A stretch of 62,922 nt of DNA, filler included, from Stramenopiles sp. TOSAG23-3 (lineage: Eukaryota), in the NCBI GenBank assembly GCA_900128585.1. It is 55 parts of 55 records of this genome, joined end to end, with 100 filler letters (N's around TTAATTAATTAA, not from the genome) between each part and the next. Parts side by side here need not be neighbours in the genome. Positions count along the whole stretch, not along the records: positions 37,962 to 39,006 come from LT646633.1; positions 39,107 to 40,150 come from LT646634.1; positions 40,251 to 41,293 come from LT646635.1; positions 41,394 to 42,436 come from LT646636.1; positions 42,537 to 43,578 come from LT646637.1; positions 43,679 to 44,720 come from LT646638.1; positions 44,821 to 45,861 come from LT646639.1; positions 45,962 to 47,001 come from LT646640.1; 47 more parts are not named here. One strand, written 5' to 3'. The notes under the pieces are model-generated. The model did no database searches, was not told the origin of the DNA, and worked only from the letters and a program-made list of their open reading frames with translations. Of this stretch, positions 37,862-49,379 are shown in pieces (position 1 is the stretch's first letter; each line of letters opens with the position of its first letter). The translations under genes were made by a program, and so were the position numbers.

Positions 37862-37966
37862 NNNNNNNNNNNNNNNNNNNNNNNNNNNNNNNNNNNNNNN
37901 NNNNNTTAATTAATTAANNNNNNNNNNNNNNNNNNNNNNNNNNNNNNNNNNNNNNNNNNNNGCTTT

Positions 37967-39006
37967 TTACAAGATCACTCGGGAGACTAATTTTGTTTTT
38001 GAGTCAATTTCTACCACATGCACATATGTAAGCGGCTTCCAACCTTTCGTTTCCAAAAGTGGCTGCTCTTTCTGAAGCCATCGCTGAATGCCTTTTACCA
38101 TTCCGACAGGGGTTGTTGCGTTCTCGGAAAGAGCGGCGTTCAGTTCATGAACAAACTCGGGATAGACTTTCGTCCAGTTCCATAGACTTCGATAAGCGTC
38201 GTGCAGCACAAGTTTCTCTTTTGGAAGCACCCCTCCCCTCGACGTTATTGGAAGGCCTACTAATTCTTTTTTATCGGAAATTTTTATGTCAGTCAAGACC
38301 ATGCGCATGGTATTGCCACCATCACCACCTAAATGCTTCGTTACCCATTGAATCTGCAGGTCGCTCCACGGAAACAGGGCGCAGTTTGTTCCTGGCCAGT
38401 ACTCGGCGGAAACAAAGGGGTGTTGGCGAATTGCAACGCAAATCGCAGGGGACAACCCCAACACGACCCCCAAAAACCATGGCCAAGTGCCGGGGGTAAC
38501 AATGTCTGTCCCCGAGGGGCCGGGCTGGGCCATCAAGCAGTAGGCACCAGACAGTTGGAAAAACATGGTTCACGCAGTGCTTGAAAATGTTGCCCAAATT
38601 CCTAAATGGAATGCGCAACAGATCATGGCAACCATGCGGGCAAAACCAGGAATGCAGAACACTACCATCGAGGGCACTAAACACAGCTCCAGTATCATTG
38701 TTCCCCATGTAATTGCGGACAAGAGCAACGGATTGTTAAAAAATATGACCGACAGGAACGGAAACAAAGCATTAAACCGACAAACCCTGGTATTTCCGTT
38801 GGTTTGCTTTGACATGAGTTCACGCATAGTCGCAGGATGAAAGTAGTCCTGCGACGCTCTAGGCACCCATACTTTTGCGAGGCCAGCAGCTAGATACAAA
38901 TAGTAAACCGCAGCTCTTGCAAATGCAACCTCAAACTGGGCACCGAGATCAAATAATCGCGAAAAATACAGTGCCCATGATATGTATAGAACAGGGTATT
39001 GGCCGT
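37967..39006 (-). pseudogene. HTTM-like (VKGC-type TM domain) membrane protein interrupted by one in-frame TGA
   Basis: YLAAGLAKV, TMILEL, FHLGI motifs; ORFs 38570-38899 and 37967-38566 share a frame and are separated by TGA at 38570-38572. Confidence 0.55.
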
Positions 39007-39885
39007 NNNNNNNNNNNNNNNNNNNNNNNNNNNNNNNNNNNNNNNNNNNNTTAATTAATTAANNNNNNNNNNNNNNNNNNNNNNNNNNNNNNNNNNNNNN
39101 NNNNNNTTGTAAGAAGAAAAACAAGATTTCGAGGTTGCTTTTATGTATGCCTAAGAGATCATACAAGTACCAATTCCCTATGTAATTGTTTTCTCACGTT
39201 TTATTCTAAAATATTTAATTATAATAGTCCTACGGTATTATAATATTTAGAAGACTTCTCACACCGTTTAATAAATGTTGGAACCTCCAATAACATGGAA
39301 CGTTATTTCCCACAAAAAGCTTCAATGTTTTTTTGACGAATTTTAAGTATACTAATTATCATTTATTGGCTATCAATATTTGTACTGTTTTAGTTATTGT
39401 GAGACCCTAATCCTAACCCTAATTCACAATAGTAAATCCTGTTTCGGAGAAGCTCGGAACTGCTCCAAACCCCCTTGTATTGCATGTATATGTTAAAATT
39501 TCAAAAAATATGAAATTGTTATGTTCCTCGATCAGCGTCCTCTTCAACTAAAACGCACTAAACTTGGGTGGGGAATCTGGCAAACTCATGCCTAAATGAC
39601 AATTGTTTACCAGTTTTGTCATCTCCACATAAGTTTTGGTACAATTTCGCTTCAAACGTGAAATGAGCGGTTAAAATGGGCGATTTTGGGGTTACATATG
39701 CGGGTTATAAGGTGTTTTCAAGGGGTTTTCCTGTTACAATTACTCAAAAATGGTTGCATTTGTCGCATTGCGGTGTTTGTGGGTGGATTCCCACTCTTTA
39801 ATATCATGGTTAGGTCGCCTACTTCCATGGATATGTGTCAGATATAGTTATAAAGGTGTACTCCTACAAAACGTTTGTGTCATCT

Positions 39886-40150
39886 CTCATCAGAATGCCT
39901 GTCCGGCTGGGCTCAGTCCCACTGGTTCCGGCAGCAAGTTAACTCGATGCTGTCGTTGCAATAGCCCCTTTAAAATATTGCAAATGTCATTCTGATGCAA
40001 CAATGTTTGAACATTTTACATATAAAGGGGGATGTAATAGGTTTGGCAGTGACGTAAGAACCGTATTGAAATACAAATTATATTTTGGGGGACAGCTTGC
40101 ACTGTGTGAACCAGTGGGACTGAGCCCAGCCGGACAGGCATTCTGATGAG
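39886..40150. repeat. Perfect 43-bp inverted repeat (39886-39928 / 40108-40150)
   Basis: CTCATCAGAATGCCTGTCCGGCTGGGCTCAGTCCCACTGGTTC and its reverse complement at the contig end. Confidence 0.9.
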
Positions 40151-40250
40151 NNNNNNNNNNNNNNNNNNNNNNNNNNNNNNNNNNNNNNNNNNNNTTAATT
40201 AATTAANNNNNNNNNNNNNNNNNNNNNNNNNNNNNNNNNNNNNNNNNNNN

Positions 40251-40295
<45 letters not shown>

Positions 40296-40361
40296 TTCTT
40301 CTTCTTCTTCTTCTTCTTCTTCTTCTTCTCTTTCTTTTTTTCTTTCTTTCTTTCTTTCTTT
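40251..40361. repeat. (TTC)n/(TTTC)n microsatellite
   Basis: Direct reading. Confidence 0.95.
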
Positions 40362-40835
40362 CTAAGATAGAAATCCTACTAAATAAATCATTCATGGTGT
40401 GTGGTTAGTAGTTCTGTAAAATAATAAATAATAGAAGAAAAAAAGATAGAAATCCTAAAAATCATTCATGGTGTGTGGTGTTCTGTAACTAACCATTTGA
40501 ATAAAACAACAAACAACTTACCACAGTTCTTGACCGCACTTCCTAGACTATAATACTTGTACTGTTTTTTTGGGAGGATCGGTGGTTGTTGTTGTTGTTG
40601 ACGGGCAACAAAAAACAATAATACACACACCACTCTCGTCGTCGTGCTTTCAAAATGAGAGAAAAATACAAACAACAAAATAAATAATTTCAATCATGGC
40701 ACATGTGGAAGGATCATAATTATAAGCATACCAATCCAACCATCTTTTCACAAACAACAGATTTTCAAACAGAGCAACGCAACACGCACGTACGCCTTCT
40801 ATTCCCAACACAACAACGACGAACGCAGACGCACA

Positions 40836-41293
40836 ATGGGGTCCAGTATATCACAAAAAAAATACGACGAGTGCCCCTCGCCCGCAGTGAGGATTGACGC
40901 CGTGAAGAACAAATGGAACACTTCCATGGTTACCGTCGGGTATGTTTTTATTGGAATCTTCATTTTCAATATGATATTCGGTTTTGCGAACGGCAACTAT
41001 TTGTTGATTACCAATAATTTAGTTTGGGTATGTCTCGCCCCATTATATATTTTTGTCTTCGGACGAATGGTGCCGCTAGAGGTAAAGATAACCCCAGAAG
41101 GCTCCGCATGGGTGAATTTTGGCGTTAAAACAGCGGGGGTTGAAGAGCTCAAGAACGCCGTCGTCCGTGATGCCACAGACAAAGACCTCGGCCCGCCGAT
41201 GTGCAACGCCCCGGGAATGTCGTGGTGCGAATCAAGGACCATTGAAACCTCGATCGTGATTGAGGGAACCATGAAGACTTTGTGCGGGACCAA
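40836..41293 (+). CDS. Hypothetical 2-TM protein with N-myristoylation motif
   Basis: MGSSIS; two TM helices. Confidence 0.6.
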
Positions 41294-41765
41294 NNNNNNN
41301 NNNNNNNNNNNNNNNNNNNNNNNNNNNNNNNNNNNNNTTAATTAATTAANNNNNNNNNNNNNNNNNNNNNNNNNNNNNNNNNNNNNNNNNNNNTTTCTTA
41401 ATTTTTTTTATTTATTATATTTTTATTATTATTTGTTGTGTGTTTTTTGGGGGCTAAAAAAAAGAGAAGGAAGAAGAAAAGAAGAAGATCGATATTATTT
41501 GCTAGTCTACTACTATGTATAACTTAATTATTTAGAGAGGATGAGAGGGATACAGTCCACTTTATAATTTATTAGAATTTTAAATATAATAATATCGAAT
41601 TAATTATTATATTCAATTTATTATAGCAGCAGCAGCAGGTAAGAAACGGATAAAAAGAAAGAAGAGGAGAGAGAGAATCAAAAAAAAAAAATATTTTATT
41701 AATTTACCAAAAGAGCAAAGTTAAGTTCGCAGTTCATGAAAGGAATGTAAACCTTGAACGTTTAC

Positions 41766-41831
41766 ATTTCAGAGTTCAGTTCGCAGTACATTTATTTTAA
41801 TCACTTAAATAACGGCCAATTTTCTTGTTTT
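41766..41831 (-). repeat. Dispersed 3'-flank element, long copy (one T>C in core)
   Basis: Reverse complement reads AAAACAAGAAAATTGGCCGTTATTTAAGTGATTAAAATAAATGTACTGCGAACTGAACTCTGAAAT. Confidence 0.9.
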
Positions 41832-41994
41832 TATTATAATTAAAAAAAAAACATATCCTATTTTTTTATATATTTTATAGCTTCTGTGTTTTAACAACAA
41901 AAGAAGAACACAACATCAACACTGTACAGAACAAAAATTCGTCTCTCGCAATTAGCGCGCATTTCATCAAAGCTACGTACCTTATCTCTAAGTT

Positions 41995-42436
41995 CTACGT
42001 GTGCAACATTTTATCAACGCAATAATCGCAAACTCTCAACAACTTCTTCGGAGTCGTGTCGGACGTATCCCTTAGCCGAGTCAGGCTACAATTGTCGCAC
42101 ACCAACTGTCCGCATTTGCGACAATGGTGCCGCCGAGTGAAAAGGGTAAATTTGGTGTTGCAATTTGCGCAAGTGGTTGACGAATTGTTTCCCATCCATT
42201 CGCTTCGTCGAAGAAATTTTGCACGTGCGTGGCCAGGCAATGGTACTGCGCGCCTCTCTTCGTTTTCCATATCTTTCAGCGTCGCTTCCTCCGCATCCAC
42301 TATCACAGATGCTACATTAAGCTTATCAAAATCGTTTTTTCCTTTTGCAGCACCCTTTGCTTCCCCTGCGACCGTCCTCACCACCCCCACAAACTCGTAG
42401 TGGCTGGCCAAGTGGCACGTCCACGCCGCTACGTAC
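41995..42436 (-). CDS. FYVE zinc-finger protein C-terminus
   Basis: W...CANC..F...RRHHCRKCG..VC..CS...RVCDYC. Confidence 0.95.
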
Positions 42437-42536
42437 NNNNNNNNNNNNNNNNNNNNNNNNNNNNNNNNNNNNNNNNNNNNTTAATTAATTAANNNNNNNN
42501 NNNNNNNNNNNNNNNNNNNNNNNNNNNNNNNNNNNN

Positions 42537-43158
42537 GACAGTCGAACCGAAGGGCATGTGGTGCCTTCGTGAGGACGTCAACGACGAGGTGAATGAGGAT
42601 TTTCTGAACGTCCCGTAGCCCCCCGATCGCCAGGTTTTCCCCTCTGATTGTGATCCACCGTTCCTCGGTGCCTTCCTTGAACTCGGAGCTTCGCAGCGGG
42701 GTTACGCTCGTGCAGGATGGCATGGGAAACGTGGCGTCCAGGGGGTCCTTGGACCCCGAGGCTTTGGTGTAGTCCCGTCTGTCGTCCAAAAAGTAGTCCT
42801 TCGGGTTGTACTTTGGCGGGACCGGGGGGTCCTTTGGTGCCTGCACGATCCCCGTAATCTGGCCGAGCCCCCGGTCGCTTCGCATTTCGGCCTGCTGTCG
42901 TTTCAAGGTGGCAAACCGGTGGTGGTTGAGGTGTTCGTTGTCGCTGGGGTAACCCGTTTCCAACGCCCCCAAGTGCAGGCCCTGCGGCAGGGAGTTGCGT
43001 TCAGGCACAGTCTTGTCAAAGGCCCCCAAGGGGTACATCGGCTCTGCATTCTGCCTCAACAGTTTCCCTGAATTGCTCCGTTCCTGGAACGACCGATCCC
43101 TGGCTCCCCGTACCAGTACAACGCACCAGATGACCACAATGCAAGCATGAAACCTCAT
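42537..43158 (-). CDS. Secreted protein N-terminus with start of an IPT/TIG-like domain
   Basis: Signal peptide; PSCTSVTP...ITIRGENL. Confidence 0.6.
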
Positions 43159-43503
43159 GCTAGCTACTATCCCTCAACAAAAATGTAAGTAAATCCACAG
43201 AGAGAGAGACCCACTCTTTCGTTATACAATAACAACACGAGACAGAAACGAAAGAGCCAGAAATAGAAAAGAAAAAGAAAGAATAGAAATGGGAATGAAC
43301 AACGTCATACTAATCATTTCCAAATTGCAAATGTTACTATCTATTATAGATTGGATTGACTTTTTTCTTTCTTCTTCTTCTTCTTCTGAATTTGGTTTAT
43401 ATTTTAATTCACCCTATTTAATATGTACTTATTTTGTATTAAACACTACCCCCCACTTTCCTTTTTTTTCTTTCTTATGAACATTTAGACAATTCCTTCA
43501 TTT

Positions 43504-43578
<75 letters not shown>
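43504..43578. repeat. (GAAA)n microsatellite
   Basis: Direct reading. Confidence 0.95.
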
Positions 43579-43678
43579 NNNNNNNNNNNNNNNNNNNNNN
43601 NNNNNNNNNNNNNNNNNNNNNNTTAATTAATTAANNNNNNNNNNNNNNNNNNNNNNNNNNNNNNNNNNNNNNNNNNNN

Positions 43679-43864
43679 ACGCTTCGCCTCTGGGTCCGTC
43701 AAAATTTCATACGCGAGCTGTATTTCTATGAACTTTTCGTGCGCCCCCGGGGCGTTGTTCTTGTCTGGGTGAAACTTTTTCGCCAAGCGAAGGTACCTCG
43801 TTCGAATTCGCTTCGCATCCGTCGTATCCGGAGGGAGCATCAAGACCTCATAACAGTCGATCAT
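43679..43864 (-). CDS. DnaJ (J-domain) protein N-terminus
   Basis: DCYEVL...[13 protein letters not shown]...[17 protein letters not shown] motif. Confidence 0.93.
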
Positions 43865-45040
43865 TCCCGCACAAACAAAGCGAAGCAAAAAGAGTCAGCG
43901 GCGTGGAATTATACCGGACGGAAAAATGGGTTTGACGACGCACACACACAGAGAGAGATAAAGGAAACGATAGGTGTCAATATTCGCACGTATTATTCGA
44001 CACGTTCAAGAAACGATTTCAATTCTTACAAACAAAAGAATACAAGCAGTTCATTAATGTGAATTTATTTATCACTATTTTTTTATAGCTCTTTTCTATT
44101 TCAATACATATTTAAATTGTTTTTTCTGTTTAACCTCTTCGTTTGAATTCTTTCTTTCTCGTCGCTCGTCGCTTGTCACTTCCTTTTCAAATAAAAAGTA
44201 ACGGTCCTCCTTTTCGATGATCCATTTTTTGCTCCATCATCCTTCTTCATCGCGTCGCGACAAAATGAGCCACCTAAACTTAAGGAAATAGGTTTATGTG
44301 GATAACTAGTTTGAGACCCATTTTAATAATATGACAATCTAAATATAAGGATTTAGATTAAATAATTTATTCATATTATTTATAAATAAATAGAATGAAC
44401 AAAGTGATAAAATATACCTCTTTTACATGAATACAGCATATTCATTTATTATACATATATATCCTTACTTATGATATTTGCCTTTTTTTAGTTCTTAGCT
44501 TTGGTTTTACATTTCACATTTCACATCTCTATTTTATTATATGGTATTTATATGTACTAATTCTAATTAATAACCAAGTAGCATTGATGACCATTTAAAT
44601 TTGTATTCAAATAGGGTCTTCTAATGAATGACATTACGTAATAATTGAATACAAGTATAGCATGGATGGATGAAGGTAAAACGAAACCAAACCAAAAAAG
44701 AAAGAAAGAAAACAAGAAAGNNNNNNNNNNNNNNNNNNNNNNNNNNNNNNNNNNNNNNNNNNNNTTAATTAATTAANNNNNNNNNNNNNNNNNNNNNNNN
44801 NNNNNNNNNNNNNNNNNNNNATCAAAGAGGAAGTCTCCCTCGACAACGGTGGGGGTGGCAATTGGGGGGCGGAACGTGGTGCTGACATCAATCAAATCAA
44901 AACAATACGGGAAGGGCCTTGGAGTATTTAATTAAAAACAAGATGAAAAAAATTGTAAAAACCTTAATCTTTTAGAACATTATAAATATGGGTGATTTAA
45001 TATTTATCTGCCTCGGAATTCAGGAGAGTTTTCAGAGAAC

Positions 45041-45861
45041 TTACAGTTTAACCGGTTCAAAATCGTTCCAATGGACAATTAAATGTTTGTTTTCGGATTT
45101 AATTTGCGCACGACGCGCCTCAATTTTAGCACGCTGCATTTTTAGATTGCCTTTGGCTATATGTTGACGACCGCGTATAGAATCAGGGTCGCCTTCTGCA
45201 GATTCTGATGCTACAGGAAACATTTCTTTAAATGCAGACCACTCGCCTTCATGAGGCCCACCCTCTTCAAACAAATGTCGCATCCATATCACAAATTTAT
45301 GTTCGTTTTGTGATGGCAGGCCATTGTATTCATACTTTTCCGCCACCCATTCAGACTGCATATCTACAATAATATCATTTATTAAATCAACCAAGTTATC
45401 CAGTTTTTCCTCTTCATCTTTGGCAAACTCGTCCTCTATTAATTCTTTTATTGCTTGCTTTGTCTGGAAATGTCCCACCGAAGTGTCGTATAATAAAACT
45501 TCAATCTTTTCGCTTATGTCGTCTACATCGCTCATTATACTGCGAACATGCTCCTTTAAAGTTTTAAATCTTTCTTCGTACAGAATAGGCTCTTTCGCTC
45601 TACGGTAACACGATTTAATGGGTAAGAATTGAAAAGCTCGCCAGTTTTCTATGACAGCATGCTGAACAACAGACCATGCCATTAAACACTCCTGTGTGGC
45701 AAATTGTAACGCTAGACCATTTGATTTGACTGCTTTTATAACTATGAAAGTATTATTTCGCATTTTCCATGGTAAATGTTCCAGGGCAAGTCCTCTCCAA
45801 TGTAATACCCTTACCGCCGCGTCAATATCAGACCTTACTTTTTCTGCGTACTCACTAGAAG
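45041..45861 (-). CDS. Protein with DUF4116-like repeats, C-terminal part
   Basis: AVKSNGLALQFA, AVIENWRAFQF. Confidence 0.7.
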
Positions 45862-45961
45862 NNNNNNNNNNNNNNNNNNNNNNNNNNNNNNNNNNNNNNN
45901 NNNNNTTAATTAATTAANNNNNNNNNNNNNNNNNNNNNNNNNNNNNNNNNNNNNNNNNNNN

Positions 45962-47001
45962 TTACATCAATTCCTCTTCTGGTGATTGCGGTTATTCTAT
46001 ATTTAAAAAGATACACAATTCTGAATTCTGGAGAGAGAGACAACGCCGACAGCGCACAGAGGTCCTCCCAGCCCCCCGGTACACCACAACAACCAAAGAA
46101 CAACAAACCCAACAAACCAACAACGCCGAAGCCACACTTTCCGAAAACCCAGCCGTCCAAGAAGGACAAGTCCAAGAATGGACGCCCCGCAACGGGGAAG
46201 CGCTGAGGGAATGCCCACGCTCCACGAACGAGCGGAGGCGGTTCGAAGTGAGTGGCGTCATTCGATCTCAAGATGGGGTAGCTCGCCCTGGGAAGCGAAT
46301 CAAGAGTCAGATTATTCGCACAAAGAAGTTACGGCTCAGTCAGGAAGTCAGGGTCCGACGGGTGAATCTCGACACGAACTTGAGTACGAAGCGAACACAG
46401 TCGATTTTACTTCTCCCAGGAGAAGAACCGTTCCGGGACCAGGATTTAGTAGCGTCCTTGAAGTCAGGCAGACCGAGTTGGTCCAGCAGGACAGAGAAGG
46501 CCGCGAGTGCGCTCGTATACACGACCAGGCTAAAACGATGGTGGGACGACCATCAGCGACGCCTCCCTCCTACGCTAAGCCCGATAGGCCGGCTCCGACA
46601 GGCACTCCCAATGTGGGAGACGTTGATGCCCGACGCGATGTGGTCCCACAACCTCATACGCCGGGGGTTCCGGATTTCATGCCCGGGGTACACTGGCCAG
46701 AAATTACTGCCGCCACCTCTATCCGAAAACGGAAATCGTTCCAAAATATGGGGAGAAATACAAAAAGAATACGACGTCGGAGTACTGAAGATGTTGACCC
46801 CATCGTCTCATCCCAGCCATTTTCAGAACGGGATTCCCCGGTTAGGGCCGCAGAAGTTTTTTGTCCAGATTCACCATATCGTGCAAAATACGAAGGAACG
46901 AGTAATATGGGACATGAGCCCACTAAATCGATGGGGCCAAGCGCAGCACTACAAGGCCTATCCGGTTCGGACGTTCCAGGCACTGATGCAGGCCGGAGAC
47001 T
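45962..47001 (+). mobile_element. DIRS-like (tyrosine-recombinase class) retrotransposon fragment: RT N-terminus with overlapping ORFs
   Basis: GRLRQALPMWETL...LIRRGFRI and FFVQIHHIVQNTKERVIWDMSPLNRW...HYK...LMQAGD match the DIRS pre-RT and RT domain 1-2 pattern; a second frame is open 46025-47001. Confidence 0.72.
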
Positions 47002-47101
47002 NNNNNNNNNNNNNNNNNNNNNNNNNNNNNNNNNNNNNNNNNNNNTTAATTAATTAANNNNNNNNNNNNNNNNNNNNNNNNNNNNNNNNNNNNNNNNNNN
47101 N

Positions 47102-48122
47102 AAAGACGAAGCCTGCACAAGGGAACCTTTACTAAACACGACCCCCACAGAAGCGCATCGCACCCCTGCGGAATCACTGCAACGTTGAGTATGCCCATCA
47201 CAAAAAAGAACATCCCCGCCGCGGCCGTTGCGACGGTCATTGCCCATTTCATATTTACCGAAATGGTTCGTACCTGCTCCTCCGCGCCCATTTCCACGTC
47301 CGTCTTCTTGAACAGGCTCGTGCGCTTGCGCTTGAGATCGAACGACATCTTTCGCTGCACTTGACCGACTTCAAAAGATGCCCTTCGACGAACATTTTCT
47401 TCCATGAGTTCGTCCAATTTGGAAAGCGTGAACAAGCTGGGCAAAATAACCACGGCTATCATTTGCCCCACCGTAAGGGGAATTCGGTAACCGAACCACA
47501 AGAAAGCTAAACGCAGGACCATCCACAGCAGGTCTGCACACATATCGGTAAGAACTTGTTTGTCCCTTTGCGCGGCAGTGTACGGTCTCCACAGAAAGAA
47601 TAGTCTGTGCAGGTGATCGAGGCATATTAAAAGGCAGAAAACACAGACGGCAATTGGAGGCATTGTACATGCGTACAACGTGGCCACATTGTACGCTTGC
47701 ATGGCCGACTCCGTAAGTTCAGAAGCGTAGAGCTTTCTCAAAAAATGCTTGCCGTTGATATCGAATGACGCTTTGGCGACCGCTGCCCATTTTAACAATG
47801 ACAAGGATGTGGTATTGCTGCCAGTGCTGGGCGCAACCGAACGGTGTTTGACCTGCGTGGTGAGTTTCTTCCAAACAGCCAAATGGTAAAGCACCAACAA
47901 GAAGAAAACACCGGTGAAAGAAAAAAATACCCATACGCCGTCAACGTGCATGTCTCGGAAATAGTAAGTGTACTCATAAGCAATGTAGATGTGCCCAGCT
48001 GCGAGTATTAGCGCCAGAGCGTACAGTCCTACGCCAGGCCAACCAACGTGCGTGCAGAAGTCCGGCACAACCGCTTCGTTCAACTCTACGGACAGGGAGT
48101 TGACTCCCGGCATAGTATTCAT
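47102..48122 (-). CDS. Multi-TM protein, paralog of 9237-10289 (N-terminal part up to Cys cap)
   Basis: FDINGKHFLRKLY..E..E..Q.YN..TLY.C, QRDKQVL.D, YRIPL, WGSCLVKVPLC shared with the paralog. Confidence 0.8.
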
Positions 48123-49016
48123 GGTACTTTAGCGGCCTCTNNNNNNNNNNNNNNNNNNNNNNNNNNNNNNNNNNNNNNNNNNNNTTAATTAATTAANNNN
48201 NNNNNNNNNNNNNNNNNNNNNNNNNNNNNNNNNNNNNNNNTCCATACATTATGTCTTGGAAAGTTCAAAATAATGGAGCAAGTATGGTTGTACCTGGAAT
48301 GTACGATGAAAGTTACCAAGCTACGTGGATAATACCAGCGGGACTCCCATTAAGACAATTCACGTCCCCCCGTGCCACAGGGACAAAGTCTAACAAATGA
48401 GGCCCGCCAACACCGAGGGTAATTTCGTTATTTATTTTCGGTGCCAAGTGTGTAGAGTTAAGAGAGAGTATTATAAGAATGTGTTCGTGTGTGTTTAAGA
48501 TTTATCTGAATTCAGTTTATCTATTCGTAGCATTAGAAAAAAAACAAATCATATAGTATGTTTTAAGACTCTCAATTTATTACAAATAAAGGAGGGGTGT
48601 ATTAAACTATTTACTATATAATTTTTGTTTTTTTTCATTAGTTTTTTTTTTTTAATTTATTTAACTGAAATACAAACTCTCGCTATTTTTGGAAAACGAG
48701 AAATATAAAATGTTAGACCGTGGTGGCAGGGGGATAAACCGGTGAGGCTGGCAACTAGAGACAAAGAGACGGGAAAACACGGAGGATAGTTCATACAAGG
48801 CTGAAACTTTTTATGCATTGGTCGCTCATGGAAACGTTCGTTTCTCGCGACACAACTAGTGTGAAGCAGACAGTGAGACTACAACCAAAGAACCCGAGGG
48901 CTCAAAGGGAATCTCAAAAGCCCGCTTGCGTAATCATGACCATCCTGGTTCGTGTTTTCAGGCCAGGGGCCTCGAAAACGTTCTACTTACCTTCCTTTCC
49001 TGACAAAGAGAAATGC

Positions 49017-49279
49017 TTAATAAGCCTTCAAAATACCTCTTCGCTTTTCTTCCTCGCGCCATTCCTGCATGAAAAGTACCCCTAAAAATAAGCACGAGAC
49101 CACGTACATCGCGACAAGGGCATTTCCCCAGGTGATGGACGACGCTATGCTTCCCGTGCCACTGATTCCGACGGAGTAGCCTACCATGTTGGCAACCATC
49201 AGCAACAGAATGTTTGCCGCGCCGCCGATAGCAACGATAAACCGAAAATAAGACGCTTGCAACAACGCCCTAAGCGTCG
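49017..49279 (-). CDS. MBOAT GUP1/HHAT-like acyltransferase C-terminus
   Basis: AIGGAANILLLMVANMVGY resembles the GUP1 C-terminal motif. Confidence 0.7.
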
Positions 49280-49379
49280 NNNNNNNNNNNNNNNNNNNNN
49301 NNNNNNNNNNNNNNNNNNNNNNNTTAATTAATTAANNNNNNNNNNNNNNNNNNNNNNNNNNNNNNNNNNNNNNNNNNNN

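Noticed and set aside
40141-40150. CTGATGAG hammerhead-ribozyme core
   Set aside because: The intact mirror copy (minus strand from 39893) continues AGATGACACAAAC with no stem II or GAAA.
40363-40492. Local ~55-bp imperfect direct duplication (AAGATAGAAATCCTA...CATTCATGGTGTGTGGT)
   Set aside because: Two copies next to a microsatellite; ordinary slippage duplication.
44932-44943. TTAAAAACAAGA directly after a probable stop codon
   Set aside because: Only 12 low-complexity bases match the element, so it is not counted as a copy.
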